From the human T2T-CHM13v2.0 reference genome, Homo sapiens: a stretch of DNA of 64,000 nucleotides. The notes below the pieces were generated by a model that saw nothing but the letters and a program-made list of their open reading frames with translations, did not search any database and was not told the DNA's origin. Where the stretch lies: NCBI RefSeq assembly GCF_009914755.1, contig NC_060947.1; one strand, given 5' to 3'. Shown here one piece after another: positions 35,174-49,870 of this stretch (positions are counted from its first letter, which is position 1; the number at the start of each line of letters is the position of its first letter). Position numbers and translations under genes: made by a program.

Positions 35174-37311
35174 TTTCTTTCTCCCTCTTTCTTTCTTCTC
35201 TTTTTCTCTCTTTTTTTTAAATTTAACAAGTTTACACTTTTATTTTAGGTTAAGAATACGTGTGCACATTTGCTATTTAGGTAAGTTGCATATCACAGGG
35301 GTTTAGAGTACAGATTATTTTGTCACTCAGCGATAAGCATAGTATATGATAGGTAGATTTTTTATCCTCACCTTCCTCCCACCTTCCACCTTCAAGTAGG
35401 TACTATTGTCTGTTATCCCTTCTTTTTGTCCATATGTACTTGATGTTTAGTTTTCACTTGTAAGTGAGGCCATGTGGTATTTTGTTTTCTGTTCCTGTGT
35501 TAGTTCGCTTAGGGTAATGGCCTCCAGCTCCATCCATATTGCCTTTTTTTTTATGGCCACGTAGCATTTGATGGTGTATATGTACCACATTTTTAAATTT
35601 AGTCAACCATTGATGGGCACTTATGGTTGATTTCATGTCTTTGCTATTGTGAATAGTGCTGTGATGAACATACACATGCATGTGTCTTTATAGTAGAATG
35701 ATGTACATTCCTTTGGGTATATACTAAATAATGAGATTGCTGAGTCAAATGGTAATTCTGTTTTAAGTTCGTTTAGAAATCGCCAAAGTGCTTTCCACAA
35801 TGGCTGCACTAATAGACATTCCTACTAGCAGTGTATAAGTGTTCCCTTTTCTACACAACCTCTCCAGCATCTCTTATGTTTTGATTTTTAAATAATAGCT
35901 ATTCTGACTAGTGTGAGATATCTTGTTGTGATTTTGATTTGCATTTCTCTAATGATTATGAGCATTTTCATATGCATTTTAGCTATTTGTATATATTCTT
36001 TTGAAAGTGACTGTTCATGTTCTTTGCCCACTTTTTAATGGGGTTGTTTTTTGCCTATAAACTTGTTTAAGTTCCTTATAGTTTCTTGACATTTAGATCT
36101 CTGTTGGATACATAGTTTACAAATATTTTCTCCCATTCTGTAGGTTGTCTGTTTACTCTGTTGAAAGTTCCTTTTGCTGTGCAGAAGCTCTTCAGTTTAA
36201 TTTGGTCCCATTTGTTAATTTTTGGTTTTATTACTCTTGATTTTGGCATTTTCATCATGAAGTCTTTGCTCAGTCCTATGTACAGAATATTTCCTATGCT
36301 ATCTTTCAGGGTTTTTATAGTTATAGGTTTTATATGTAAGTGTTTAATCCATCTTGAGTCGATTTTTTTTATATTGTATAAGAAAGGATTCCAGTTTCAA
36401 TCTTCTACATGTGACTAGTCAGTTATTCTAGCATCATCTATTGAATATGGAATCTTTTTCTCATGGCTTGTTTTTGCCAACTTTGTCAAAGATCAGATGG
36501 TTGTAGGTATGCAACATTATTTCCGGGCTCTCTATTCTGTTCCATTGGTCTATGTGTCTGTTTTTGTACCAATACCATGACAGTTTGCTTATTGTAGTCT
36601 TCTAGTATAGTTTCAAGTCAAGTAATGTGATGCCTCTGGCTTAGTTATTTTTGCTCAGGATTGCTTTGGCTATTTGGGATCATTTTTGGTTCCATACAAA
36701 TGTTTAAACAGATTTTTCTAATTCTGTGAAGAATGTCATAGGTTTGATCAGAATAGCATTGAATCTGTGGATTGCTTTGGGCAGGTGGCCATTTTGACAA
36801 TATGGATTCTTCCTATCCATGAACATAGAATGTTTTTCCATTTATTTGTGTCATCTTTGATTTCCTACAGCTGTGTTTTGTAATTCTCATTGTAGAGATA
36901 TTTCACCCCTCTTGTTAGCTGTATTCTTAGGTTTTTTTTGTGGTTAATGTGAATGGGATTGTGTTCCTGATTTGGCTCTCAGCTTGGATGTTGTTTTTGT
37001 ATAGAAATGTTATTGATTTTTGTACACTGCTTTTGTATCTTGTATTCTGCTTACATTATTTATCAGATAAAGGAGCTTTTGGGCAGAGACTATGGGGTTC
37101 TTTAGGTATAGAACCATATCATCTGCAAACAGAGATAGTTTGACTTTCTCTCTTCCTACTTGGATGGTTTTTATTTCTTTCTCTTTCCTGATTGCTCTGG
37201 CCAGGACTTCCAGCACTATGTTGAATAGGAGTGGTGGGAGGGGGCATTCTTGTGTTGCTCTGGGTTTCAAGGGGAATGCTTCCAGCTTTTGCCCAATCAG
37301 TATAATGTCAG
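35174..37311 (-). mobile_element. 5'-truncated L1PA16-like LINE-1
   Basis: Same 3'UTR type as 11415. RT peptide [21 protein letters not shown]...[12 protein letters not shown]. Diverged TSD ATAC(T/C)TGTTG at ~35156 and ~37313. Confidence 0.85.
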
Positions 37312-39604
37312 CATACCTGTTGGCCATTTTTTTGTCTTCTTTGAGAAATATCTTTTCAGGTTACTTATTTCTTTAAAAATTTGATTTTTTTTCTGTTGAG
37401 ATGTTGCAGTTTTTAAAAATATTCTGGATCTTAATCTGCTGTTGGGTGAGCAGTTCACAGATATTTTTCCCATTCTTTAGGTTGACCTTTAACTCTGTTG
37501 TTTGCTTTGCTATGCAGAGACGTTTTAGTTTGATACAATCCGATTTATTTTTTCTCTTGTTGCCTGTGCCTTTGAGGTCTTATTGATAAAATGTTTTCCT
37601 GACCTGCTGTTTGTTCTATTTGTTGGGAAAATGTCCTGAAGCACACTACCTATGTTTCTTTCTAGTAGCTTTGTAGCTTGAGGTCTCTCATTTAGGTATT
37701 TGATCCATTTGTAGTTGATTTTTATTTTTTGTGTGAGAGGAGGTCTAATTTCATTCTTCTGCTGGTGAATATCCAGTTTTTCCATCACCATTTATAGAAG
37801 GCTTTCTTCTCCCAGCGAGTGCTCTTGGCACCTTTGTCAAAAATCATCTGGCTGTAAGTACGTGAATTAATTTATATGTTCTCTCCTCTGTTTTATGGTT
37901 CTATGTGTTCGTTTTTATATCAAAACCATACTTTTGTGGTGACTACAGCTTTGTAGCATATTTTGACGTTTGGTAGTGTGATGCCTCCTGCATTGTTCTT
38001 TTTACTCAGTATTGCTTTGGCTATTCTGGCTCTTCCTTGGTTCCATATAAATTTTAGGATTATTTTTTCTATTTCCATAAAACATTTCATTGGTACTTTG
38101 ATAAATATTTTATTGAATCTGTAGATTCCTGTGGGCCGTATAGTCATTTTAATGATATTAATTCTTCCAGTCCATGAGCTTGGAATGTGTTTCTATTTAT
38201 TTGTGTATCCTTCAATTCCTTTCATCAATGTTTTGTTTTTTTTAATTGCAGTTCTTTCAACTCCTTGGTTAAATTTATTTCAAGGCATTTTATTTCTTTC
38301 AGTTTTTGTAAATAGCATTGTCTTCTTGATTTAATTCTCATCCTGTTTGTTGTTTACGCATAAAAATGCTACTGAATATGTATGTTGATGTTGTATCCTG
38401 CAACTTTACTGAATTTGCTTACCAGTTTTAAGAGTTTTGTGTTTGAGTCTTTAAGTTTTTCTATGTATGAGATTACATTGTCTGTTAAAAAAGGATAATT
38501 TTAATTTGTCCTTTCCAATTTGGATGCCTTTTTTTTTAATCTTACCTAATCACCGTGGCCAAGACTTTTAGTACTATGCTGAATAGAATTGATAAAAGTG
38601 GGAATCTTTGTTTTTTTCCAATTCTTAGAAGAAAGGCTTTCACCTTTTTTCCATTCAGTATTATTTAGGCTGTGAATTTTTCATATATGACCTTTGTTGT
38701 GTTGAAGTATTTTCTTCTATATTTAATTTATCAAGAATTCAAATAAATAATGGATGCTGAATTTTATCAAATGCTTTTTCTGCATCTATTGAGATAATGT
38801 TTTTTTCTTCATTCTATTCATGTGATGTAACATATTTACTGATTGTGTATGTTAAACCATTCTTGCTTTCCTGGGATAAATCTCATTTGATCATGGCATA
38901 TTTTTTGATATATTATTGGATTAATTTTGCTAGTTTTTTATTGAGGATTTTTGTATCTATGTTCTTCAGTGATATTGGCCTGTTGTTTTCTTTTTCGGTT
39001 GTATCATTTTATGCTTTTGGTATCAGGGTTATGCTGGCCACATAGAATATGATAGGAAGAGTTATCTCCACTTCGATGTTTTGGTATAGTTTGAGAATAA
39101 CTGGTAATAATTCTTCTTTAAAGGTGTGGTAGAATTCAGTGATGAAGCCATTCAATCCTGGACTTTTATTTTTTGGAAAACTTTTTATTATTAACTGAAT
39201 CTCATTATTTTTATTTGTTCCTTCAGATTTTCTTTACCTTCTTGGTTCAATGTTAGTAAGTCATATGTATCCAGAAATTTATTCATTTCTTTCAGGTTTT
39301 CTAATTTTTAGGCATGTTGCTGTTCATAGTAGTTTTAATGATCCTTTTTATTTGTTTGGTATCCAGTATGACATCTCCTTTTGCATTTCTGATTTTATTT
39401 CCTTGGGTCTTCTCTATTTCTTTCTTAGTCTAGTTAAGGATTTGTCAATTTTGCTTATCTTTTCAGAAAACTTTTTGTTTCATTGATATTTTATATATTT
39501 TTTAGTTTCCATTTCATTTAGTTCTCTGATCTTTATTATTTCTTTCCTTCTACTAATTTTGGATCTGGCTTGTTCTTGATTTTCTACTTACTTAAGAAAA
39601 ATGC

Positions 39605-40759
<1,155 letters not shown>

Positions 40760-41664
40760 AAGAAAAATGCATTTTAACTTGATTATTTGATTTTTTTTCT
40801 AGTTTTTGGTGTAGACATTTATTGCTATTAACTTGGCTTTAATACTGCCTTTGCTGTGACCCATAGGTTTTGGTATGTTGTGTTTCTATTTTCATTTGCT
40901 TCAAGAAATTTTAAAATTGTATTCTTATTTTCTCCTTTCACCCGTTAGTCATTCAGGAGCATGTTGTTTATTTTCTATGTATTTGTATAGCTTCAAATGT
41001 TTCTCTATTATTGATGCTCAGTGTTATTCCATTGTGGTCAGATAAGATATTTGATACGATTTTAACTTTTAAAAATGTGTTGAGACTTGTCTGTGTCCTA
41101 ACCTATAGTTAATCCTAGTGAATACACCATGTGCTGATTAATGTGTATTCTGCAGCTGTTGGATGAAAATGTTTTGTAAATGTTTGCTGGGATTTTTTTT
41201 TTTTGTCCATGGTGCAGTTTAAATGCATTGCGTGTTTTTGTTGTTGTTGTTGTTAATTTTCTTTCTAGATGATCTGTCCAATACTGAGAGTGAGGCATTG
41301 TAGTTCTCAACATTTATTGTATTACAGTCTATCTGTCCTTTTGGATCTAGTAATAATTGCTCTATGTGGGTCCTCCAGTATTGGATGCATATATATTTAT
41401 CCAACTATATGCTGTCTACATAAATTCACCTCACCTGTAGAGATATGCATAGAATGAAAGTTAAAGGATGGAAAATGATATTCCATGCAAATAGAAACCA
41501 ATAGCAAGTATGAGTAACTGTATCTATATTGGATAAAACAAACTTCAGTAAAAAGCTGTAAAAGGAGACAAAGGCAAACATTATATAGTAATAAAGGTAA
41601 TAATTTAATTCAAGGAGCAATCTTGAATTGTTTCCAGTCTACTTTGGTCACTACCTTAGGAGAC

Positions 41665-41790
41665 TTTTTTTTTAAGAGACAGGACCTTGCTATGTTGCCT
41701 AGTCTGGACTTGAACTACTGGGCTCAAGCAATCCTCCCACCTCAGCCTCCCAAGTAGCTGGGACTACAGGCACATATAATCATGCTTGGC
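41665..41790 (-). mobile_element. FLAM_A-like free Alu monomer
   Basis: T tail, then AGAGACAGGACCTTGCTATGTTGCC...GGGCTCAAGCAATCCTCCCACCTCAGCCTCCCAAGTAGCTGGGACTACAGG. Confidence 0.85.
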
Positions 41791-41799
41791 TTTTTAAAA

Positions 41800-42690
41800 A
41801 CATTTTGCAGGCAGTCACCAGGTTATGTTTAACATGCAAGTCCTGGCCTACTTTTATTGGCTATGGTTCCAATAATAGTTCAACTTTCATAACTTCTGTG
41901 GTGTTATTTTCATCTGCTTGATTTACCTAGTTCCACTAGAGCTTCCAGTAATCCCTACTGGTGCCACCTAAGAGGACAGAAGGAGCTGATCTAGACCAGG
42001 CACATGTGAGGAGATACCTACCCCCATTGGTGTTGCCCAACAAACTAGTGTCCTTCGGTGGAAAATGGAATCTCCATCCTTCAGGAATACATAGCACACT
42101 TTTTAGACTAGTTGCCCATTGTGGCTTGTTCCCTCTTCCTGTTGCCAATAAGCCACTTTTATCTCTAGGTAGAGGAAGTAATTATCTTGCTTCCAGGAGT
42201 CAAGAGACTAAGCTACTCTTTGTGTCAGTATCTTCCTTGATATTACTGCCTGGTGTCTTCTGATGAGGGAGAGAAAATCCTGGTCTAGCAGGAACAGAGA
42301 GTAGCTCTCCTGACTGCTTATTGTCAGCAAAACTTCCAGTTAATCTTCTTTGTCAGAGTTGCCAGGCTCACTTCATGTTGTTCTTGAGATTCCTGCTCCA
42401 ACTGGTGGCAGATGGGGGATGGGGAATGAGCCTACCAAAGCTTTCTTGTATTGCTAAGGTGGGAGACATGAGGTTCCTGGCTTGAATCCCCTTTTAATGT
42501 TAAGTGGGGGACCAAGACACCCTGTAGTTCCTCTAATTCCTGGAGTCCCTAATGTGTCATTTTATTCTTTCATCCTTTCAGAATTCTCCTTTGGTGGCCT
42601 CTTACATTATTTTCACAGTTTATAGTTCTACTTTTTGGGGAAGAAAATGGATAAAGGAATTAGACAATCTTGGCCAATACTGAAGTCCTA
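41800..42690 (-). mobile_element. Ancient L1MD-like 5'UTR, probably the 5' end of the element at 31660
   Basis: Ends with CCTTTCAGAATTCTCCTTTGG...TTTATAGTTCTACTT...ATCTTGGCCAATACTGAAGTCC, resembling an antisense L1MD/ME 5' terminus. Confidence 0.55.
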
Positions 42691-42744
42691 GCTTCATTTT
42701 TATGTATCCTATCCATTATAAAATAACTTGGGTTATCTTTCTTT

Positions 42745-44232
42745 TTATTTACTTATTTTTCTAATTTCAACTCTTATTATAAATTAAAGTGTACATGTGC
42801 ATGAGTAAATTGCATAACAGTGAGGCTTCAGGTCCCAATGATCCCACATCCAGACCATAAGTATAGTACCCAACAGGTGGTTCTTCAGCCCACACCCCCT
42901 CCCTCCCTCCCACATCTAGTGAGCCCCAGTGTCTGTTGTTCTTATCTTTGTGATCATGTGTATTCAATGTTTAGTTCCCACTTAAATGTGAGACCATGCG
43001 GTATTTGGTTTTCTGTTCTGGCATTAGGTCATTTAGGAAAATAGCCTCCAGCTGCATCTATGTTGCTGCAAAGGACATGATTTTATTCATTTTTATGACT
43101 GCATAGTATTTCATGGTGTATATGTACCACATATACTTCACTGTTGATGGGCACTTAGGTTGATTTTATGACCTTGCTATTGTGAATAGCACTGTAATGA
43201 ATATATGGCTGCATGTGCCTTTATGATAGAATGAATTATTTTCCTTTGGGTATATACCCAGTAGAGGCATTGCTGGGTCAAATGGTAGTTATATTTTAAG
43301 TTCTTTGAGAAATCTCCAAGCTGCTTTCCACAGTGGCTGAACTAGTTTGCATTCCCAGCAACAGTGTATTTTATTTTCTCCATAGACTGAGGAGAATCAG
43401 TTCTGGTTTTTTCTTTTGTTTTGTTTTTTTGTTTTGCCTTTTTAATTATTGCTATTCTGACTGGTGAGAGATGGTATCTCATTGTGGTTTTGATTTGCAT
43501 TTCTCTGATGACTAGTGATGTTCAACGTTTTTTTCATGTTTGTTGGCCTCTTGTATACCTTCTTTTGAAAAGTGCCTGTTCATGTCTTTTGCCCATTTTT
43601 ATTTAGACTGATTTTTAGCTTGTTGATTTGTTTAAGTTCCTTGTAGATTCCGGCTGTTAGACCTTTGTCAGATGCATATTTTACAAATATTCTCTCCCAT
43701 TCTGTAGGTTGTCTTTTTATGCTGTTCATAATTTTTTTTTTGTTGTGCAGAAGCTCGAGTTTAATTAGGTCCCATTTATCTATTTTTGGTTTTGTTGTGA
43801 TTGTTTTTGGTGAGTTAGCCATAAATTCTCTGCCAAAGCCAATGTTGAGCAGGGTATTCCCTAGGTTTTCCTCTAGGATTTTTATAGTTTTCAGTCTTAC
43901 ATTTAAATATTTAATCCATCTTGAGTTAATTTTCATATGAGAGGTAGGGTTCAAGTATCATTCTTCTGCACATGGCTAGCTAGTTATTCCAGTGTCATTT
44001 ATCGAACAAGGAGTCCTTTCCTTATTTATTATTTCTGTTGATTTTGTCAAAGATCAGACAGTTGTAAGGTGTGCAGCTTTGTTTCTGGGTGCTTTATTCT
44101 GTTCTACTGGTCTATGTGTCTGTTTTAGTATCAGTACCATGCTGTGTTCATTACTGTAGCCTCATAGTATAGTTTGAAGTCAGGAATGTGATATCTCCTG
44201 TTTTGTTCTTTTTGCTTAGGATTGCTTTGGAT
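42745..44232 (-). mobile_element. 5'-truncated L1PA17/L1PB4-like LINE-1
   Basis: Antisense 3'UTR plus ORF 43580-43954 ([25 protein letters not shown]...[10 protein letters not shown]). Confidence 0.88.
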
Positions 44233-44299
44233 TACTTGTCTTTCTAAAAGTCAATTCATGTATCTTTTATGATTAAAGCCTCTTAATCTTTTCCTATAT

Positions 44300-44400
44300 A
44301 GGGACCAGTCACATCAAAATCTCCTGGGATATTTGCCAAAATGCAGATTTATTGGTCTTACACACAAAAATGAATGAGATTCTTTGAGGAAGCACAATTT
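44300..44400. mobile_element. MER5-like fragment
   Basis: CACATCAAAATCTCCTGGGATATTTGCCAAAATGCAGATT resembles the MER5 internal motif. Confidence 0.45.
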
Positions 44401-44888
44401 TACTGAAGTTCTGTTATACTGACATTTTAAAAATTACAACAGTTGTATCAGAAATCTAGAGCACAAAATAAGATTGGTAAACCTTAATTACTCATCATTT
44501 CTAAATACTGACTTGCACTAAAAGAAAATAGTAAATGAAATTATGCAGTACTGATTGAGATATTTTATATAAATTATAATTCAATTGATCAAATTAATTG
44601 GGTTGATTAGATGTAGAAAAATCATATTTTATGAATTATTTTGGAGTCACTTTTAAAACTGAGAAAACTGCCCATGGATTATATGGTGTGCTGAGTACTA
44701 CATTATAATTAAGATTACATTTGCAGTATATGTAAATATTATGATCTTGAAAAATGTCCTTTGAGACAATGTAGTCCTATCAAGGTTCAGTTTTGCCAGC
44801 TTTACAAATATGGCAATTTTCTCAATGGCATTTTTACTAACAGCACAAGGGGAAACCCATTTGCTGCTTTAAATGAAAGATTACTTAC

Positions 44889-44942
44889 TGCTCTTTTTCT
44901 AGAACACCCTGTAATCCAAGGCACAGTAAGGTTTCCTGAAAT
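44889..44942 (-). CDS. HDX: Internal 54-nt phase-0 coding exon, peptide ISGNLTVPWITGCSRKRA; likely highly divergent homeobox, directly N-terminal to homeodomain 2
   Basis: Minus strand shows acceptor TTTATTGTTTTCACAG| and donor GCA|GTAAGT, with 18 open codons in a repeat-free island. The peptide is recalled as preceding LQDRTQFSDRDLATLKKYW in HDX. The L1-dense context fits chromosome X. Confidence 0.82.
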
Positions 44943-45300
44943 CTGTGAAAACAATAAATGGAATCTCAGTAAGCTATTTATTGACAGTACTTGGAATGTT
45001 GATCAACACCAAAGATTTCACACACTATTTCAAGATAAATCTGCATTCAGAACATATTCCCCACGTATAAAATGTTGTTTCCTTATTGAACTCAACAGAT
45101 TTTAAGGGGTCTTTTTTGGTGAAAAAAATTGAAAAGTGGGGCAGACTTCTGGGAATTCAAAAGAAAGGTTCTAAGGCATTGTTGGGGGCCCTACGATTGT
45201 TGGGACTCTGTTGCAAGTTTTAAAATCTATAGATAATACATTTGTTATAATAAAAATTCAATGCTTTTTGAAGTGAAGAAGTTACAAGAAGTATAGAATA

Positions 45301-45594
45301 GAGTAGGCCCCCGTATCCACAGATAATATACTCTGAGACACCCAGTGGATGTCTGAAACTGCAGAGAGTACTGAACTCTATATATACTACATTTATTCTT
45401 ATACATACATGCTTATGAAAAAGTTGAATTATAAATTAGTTAAGAAATGAACATAATAATAAAATAAAACAGTTATGACAAAATACTGTAATAAAAGTTA
45501 TGTGAATGTGGCCTTTCTCGAAATATCTTATTGTACTGCACTGCAAGTTACTGTAACCATGAAAAAGAAAACCATAGATAAGGGAGGACTACTG
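45301..45594. mobile_element. MER44A/B (Tigger7-derived TcMar MITE)
   Basis: TA|GAGTAGGCCCCCGTATCC...GATAAGGGAGGACTACTG|TA terminal inverted repeats and TA TSD; internal CCCAGTGGATGTCTGAAAC. Confidence 0.88.
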
Positions 45595-47814
45595 TAGTCA
45601 TATTTTAAATAGGGCTTTACCACAAAGCAAGAGATGACTTCATAATGAATGATGTGCACTATAAACTACTTAAACACATTACCTCTATTTACTTTGTAAA
45701 CTCAGCACTGACTAATGGATTTATTGCTACATGTGTTTTCTTAATACAAATCTTAGACCTACAGTATAAATGACTGAAACAATGTTTCTCCAAATAGTGG
45801 CCTCAATAGAAGTCTATTCACTATGCCCTATACTCTTTCTTGCAAAATGGTGAATTGTATATTTTAATAAGCCCATTTGTTTAATGAAATATTCTCTTTG
45901 CATAAATAATGTATGACTGAAAAAGAAAAAGTAAACCTTTAATCATTATTATATATACATCAAACCTCTATAGATAAAAATGTGTTTGATAAAATTTGTT
46001 CTTTTTGAATTATGTCCCAGTGTCTAGTTTTGGTAGTAAAGTTTAGCAATGTTGCAATCTTGAGGAGATATTTCTTGCATATTATACAAGTATTTTATAC
46101 TTGAGCAAATACTTTCTGATAATTTCCCAGAAATGGTGAAATATGTTGACCTTTACTAATGGGGCAGGGTATTGTGGTAGTTATGGATATATTCAAGTTC
46201 AATACATTCTCATTTACCTAAGTACTCACACCAAAAATTGAAATAATCTTCCTACAAATCCTATTCAACTGTATGGTAGTCCTTTTTTAGGTAGAAACCA
46301 CTAAGACAAATGGCCAGTAACACCTTATTACCTCAGCATTGCTACACAGGTAGACAGATGCTACTCTAATGGGATTTTAGGGAGCATTTACAAAGACAAA
46401 GTAGTCTGTTACCTGTGGTTCAGGTTAGTCTGGACTTAACTATGCTTTATCATAGGACACACAAGAATTGGGGTGTACTTCTCACTTGCTCTTTCCTTCC
46501 CTTCCAAACAGATACCTCCTGAGAGACTGACAAGGCAAATCAGTCTCAGTAGGTCATTGAAGTGAGAACAAGGCATTCAATAAAATATTTAATGTTTTTC
46601 ATAAATTATAAGCAGTAATGACCTAAATAGTATTATGCCTATTGACAAGGAGTGATGATCAATGTGAATAGTAAATTAATATTCTCAGTTATTCAAACTT
46701 CAGGTAAGCTGTTACTATTCCTGGCCACCAGACCTGCCATTTTACTTTGAGTTACAAGTATGCCAAAATGCAAGGAATAAGCTAAACATGATATAAACTC
46801 CAAATAATACTTTTAAGGAAAAATAAAAAATATTTTTACTCAAGATAAAATACTATTACAGTAAAATAGCAATTAACTGGAATGCTAGGGGTTAATGAGA
46901 AGGTGTGAATAATTGATTTTTTAATGATGAGCTGAAGGTGATAGGAAATTTATTCTCAAAAATTATTCAAAATGTATTTTTTCTTTTTATCCCACCAATG
47001 TGTGTTAGGGTTTGAAAATTCATTGTTAGCCTCAGTGAGGGAAATACATCCGCTTAAATAATATAATATAATCTAGAAAAAATATAGATACCAAGTGTTT
47101 TGGATTATCTGTTCACATATTCTTTTCCATTAGTAAAATAATTCAAAATTGACCATATAGAATTTCTAGAAAATATATGATAAACCAAATGAATTACAAA
47201 CAAAACAAAACTTTAAACCAGTAACTGCTAAAATATTACATATGAAATGATAAAGATGATACAACAAACATTGTAATAGAATTTGTATAAACACTGACTA
47301 TACATTTGAGAAATATAAAATGTGGTTTTCTGTTTAAGTCAATTGTGTGTAAGGAAGAAAATACAAAACTCCTATAAGCACATAGTATGCAAATATTATA
47401 AATTCCATCTGATTTTGGAAGAAGTTTCACTTTTTTGTTTTATAATTCTGTGTCAGCAGTTACATGATACTCAAATGTTATATTTAACTAATCTCTCACG
47501 TTTACTTCAAATCCATTGTTCAGTTCATTACATTTCTGGTAGAACTCAGGAACAGCTGGTCAGAGTAATTGAATTTGTAGGCTTTTTTGAATAAATGTCT
47601 TTCCTCAAATTTGGGAAGCTTTATTTGGTGAAATATTGATGGTATATTTCTCATTCACCAAAAGCTATGAAATGCAATATTCAAATTAGACGGGTAATAC
47701 ACATCTCACTTAAATGATATTTCAATTCCAAACTCACTTTAAACAGACTGGTTTGGAAAACTATGAAATAAATCTTCAACGAGATGAGACTGATTTAACA
47801 AATATATTAGAACA

Positions 47815-48220
47815 TACACATCCAAAAGAGTGCTGTACATTTCCAAGTAGAAAATTTGGAGTGTTATAAACTCATTACAATGATGTTGACATTATTCAAA
47901 GCATTCTGGGAACTTTCCTTTTAGAATTATCAGTTCATGCCTCACCCAGAGATTTTGTCTCATTGCACTCCTTTTATTTTAACTGAAAATATAACAGCCC
48001 CAATTGAACATTCATATTAGTCACTAAACGTGGCTTAGAATAAATTCTGGCTATTTTTTAAAATCAAATGTTCCCTCAAATGAGAATTATTTGTCACTAC
48101 TGAAGCACTTAAAAAAGTTCCGCCAGCTCCTAAAGCAATTGTGAAAGAACTTCAAAAACTTTTGACAAAATCGAACATTACTGAAATAAGTATATATAAC
48201 TTTCCAGTCAGGTATTTCTT
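47815..48220 (+). mobile_element. MARNA-like ancient mariner relic
   Basis: TCACTAAACGTGGCTTAGAATAAATTCTGGCTATTTTTTAAAATCAAA...ACATTACTGAAATAAGTATATA is a decayed version of the mariner YSPDLAPxDFWLFPK C-terminal region. Confidence 0.6.
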
Positions 48221-48229
48221 CTATATGTG

Positions 48230-48860
48230 GTGCTGTTTTAGAGTGCTACAGGAAATAAAAGATCAGTAAAAGATAATTTCCTGGGTAGCAAGAACTATTG
48301 CTTGAGAGTAAGAGATAAGACAGGTACATGAATGTCTTTACTACAAAGAAAACTGTTAAATGTCACAAGGGAGGTACAATAAATAAAGTGCAACAAGAGC
48401 TCAAAATATGACAAAATTACATCTACTTGTGAATTGATAGCTTAATCTTAAAAGATGTGTAGAACTCTAACAGAAATAAAAAACATCAGCCTTTTAGGGG
48501 AAAAAAAAGAATGGCATGAGCACGGTGGAATAAAAAGACAGGATGTATTTGGGGAATGGTCAGTTCAACTAGAACTAGAAAGGGGAGTTAAGGTCCCTGT
48601 GTGGAGATCATGAATGGCAAAGTGCATTTATATCTAATTCTGTAGAAAATAGGTAGCCATTGAGGGCATTCAAACAGACGTATGGTATGATCAGAAATGT
48701 ATTTTTATACAGTACAAATCTTAGATGTCTATGTGTGTACAGTAAATTAAAGAAGTACAAAAACTATTATAATAGTTTGGAAGAGAAGTAATTCAGGCTT
48801 GGAACCAGGGTAAGGAGGTAGGAATTAAGAAGAGAAATATAAGGCACACTACTGAAGAAA
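48230..48860 (-). mobile_element. L2 fragment
   Basis: Purine-rich antisense L2 motifs (TCTTAAAAGATGTGTAG; TAGCCATTGAGGGCATT...TGATCAGAAATGTATTTT). Confidence 0.55.
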
Positions 48861-49779
48861 GGCCTTATGTGTAAGATAGAAGAGAACTAAATAGTCTGGA
48901 CATAATGGAAATAGTCCTGTTATGGCTAACTGCTTCCCAGAGTGCCTGGTCTGCTGGAGCTAACGGAGAATTGCAACTTTAAAAGTAAATGAAAGAAAGT
49001 GTACTTACTGTTGGAAATCTGCATCTCATGGCTAAGAGTGGATACACAACGAAAATAATGCACTTATTTAGATGTATACTGGAGTCACATCAAATGTATA
49101 CTTAAGGTTCGTGAATTCAACTATAACACACTTGCCAGTCTCATGTAAAATCATACTTTAAATAGACTCTACATATCAAGATATCAATTATATATGATAT
49201 GTCTTCATTACTGTACATGGTTGTACATTCATAAGAAGGCATGCAAATAGTTAAGTTTTATAGATGATTTAGGTATTCTTAAAGGAATTTTTGCTGTTTT
49301 ATTTTACACAATTTAGACCCCACATATGAATCCGCTTTAATGTTTCTCCTAGATTATTAGATTGTCAAGAGCAAAATACCAAGTTTTAAAAATTTATTCT
49401 AATTATTTTATGTAGTCACACAGAGATTATATGTTAAAAACATTCATTTGATTTCAAAAATATGTTGTAAAGACAATTCTATGTATATGTTGAACATCCT
49501 ATTTTAAAAATCTGAGACCAACTTATGAGGCTAGAAAAGCTACTATCTGATATATACTGCATTTTATGTGAGCCAGGAAAATGGAGTATTTGATTACTTA
49601 GCATTTTGTTAAATGGTATTTGATTAAATGAAGCAATCAAGAAATAACCAGACCTCTCAAAAGAATTCAGCAGTAAGAGACTCATAAATCAGTGTTTTAG
49701 CTTTCCATCAGTTGTTTTAGTATTAGCTGAGCATAGAAACCTATCAATCACTCTGCTTTAATAGGCAGAGTTTCCTAAT

Positions 49780-49870
49780 TTTTTTTTTCAACTATGAGGT
49801 GTACAGCACAGAGAACATTGCTGGGCATATGATAGCACTCAATAAATATTTACTGATTGACTAATTGAAT
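49780..49870 (+). mobile_element. L2 3' terminus
   Basis: GCACTCAATAAATATTTACTGATTGACTAATTGAAT. Confidence 0.5.

Noticed and set aside
44761-45105. 114-aa + strand ORF in unique sequence
   Set aside because: TTG start, no recognisable domain, and it lies antisense to the well-formed 54-nt exon; likely a shadow ORF.
49003-49100. Minus-strand GTAAGT donor-like site
   Set aside because: No convincing upstream acceptor and no recognisable peptide.
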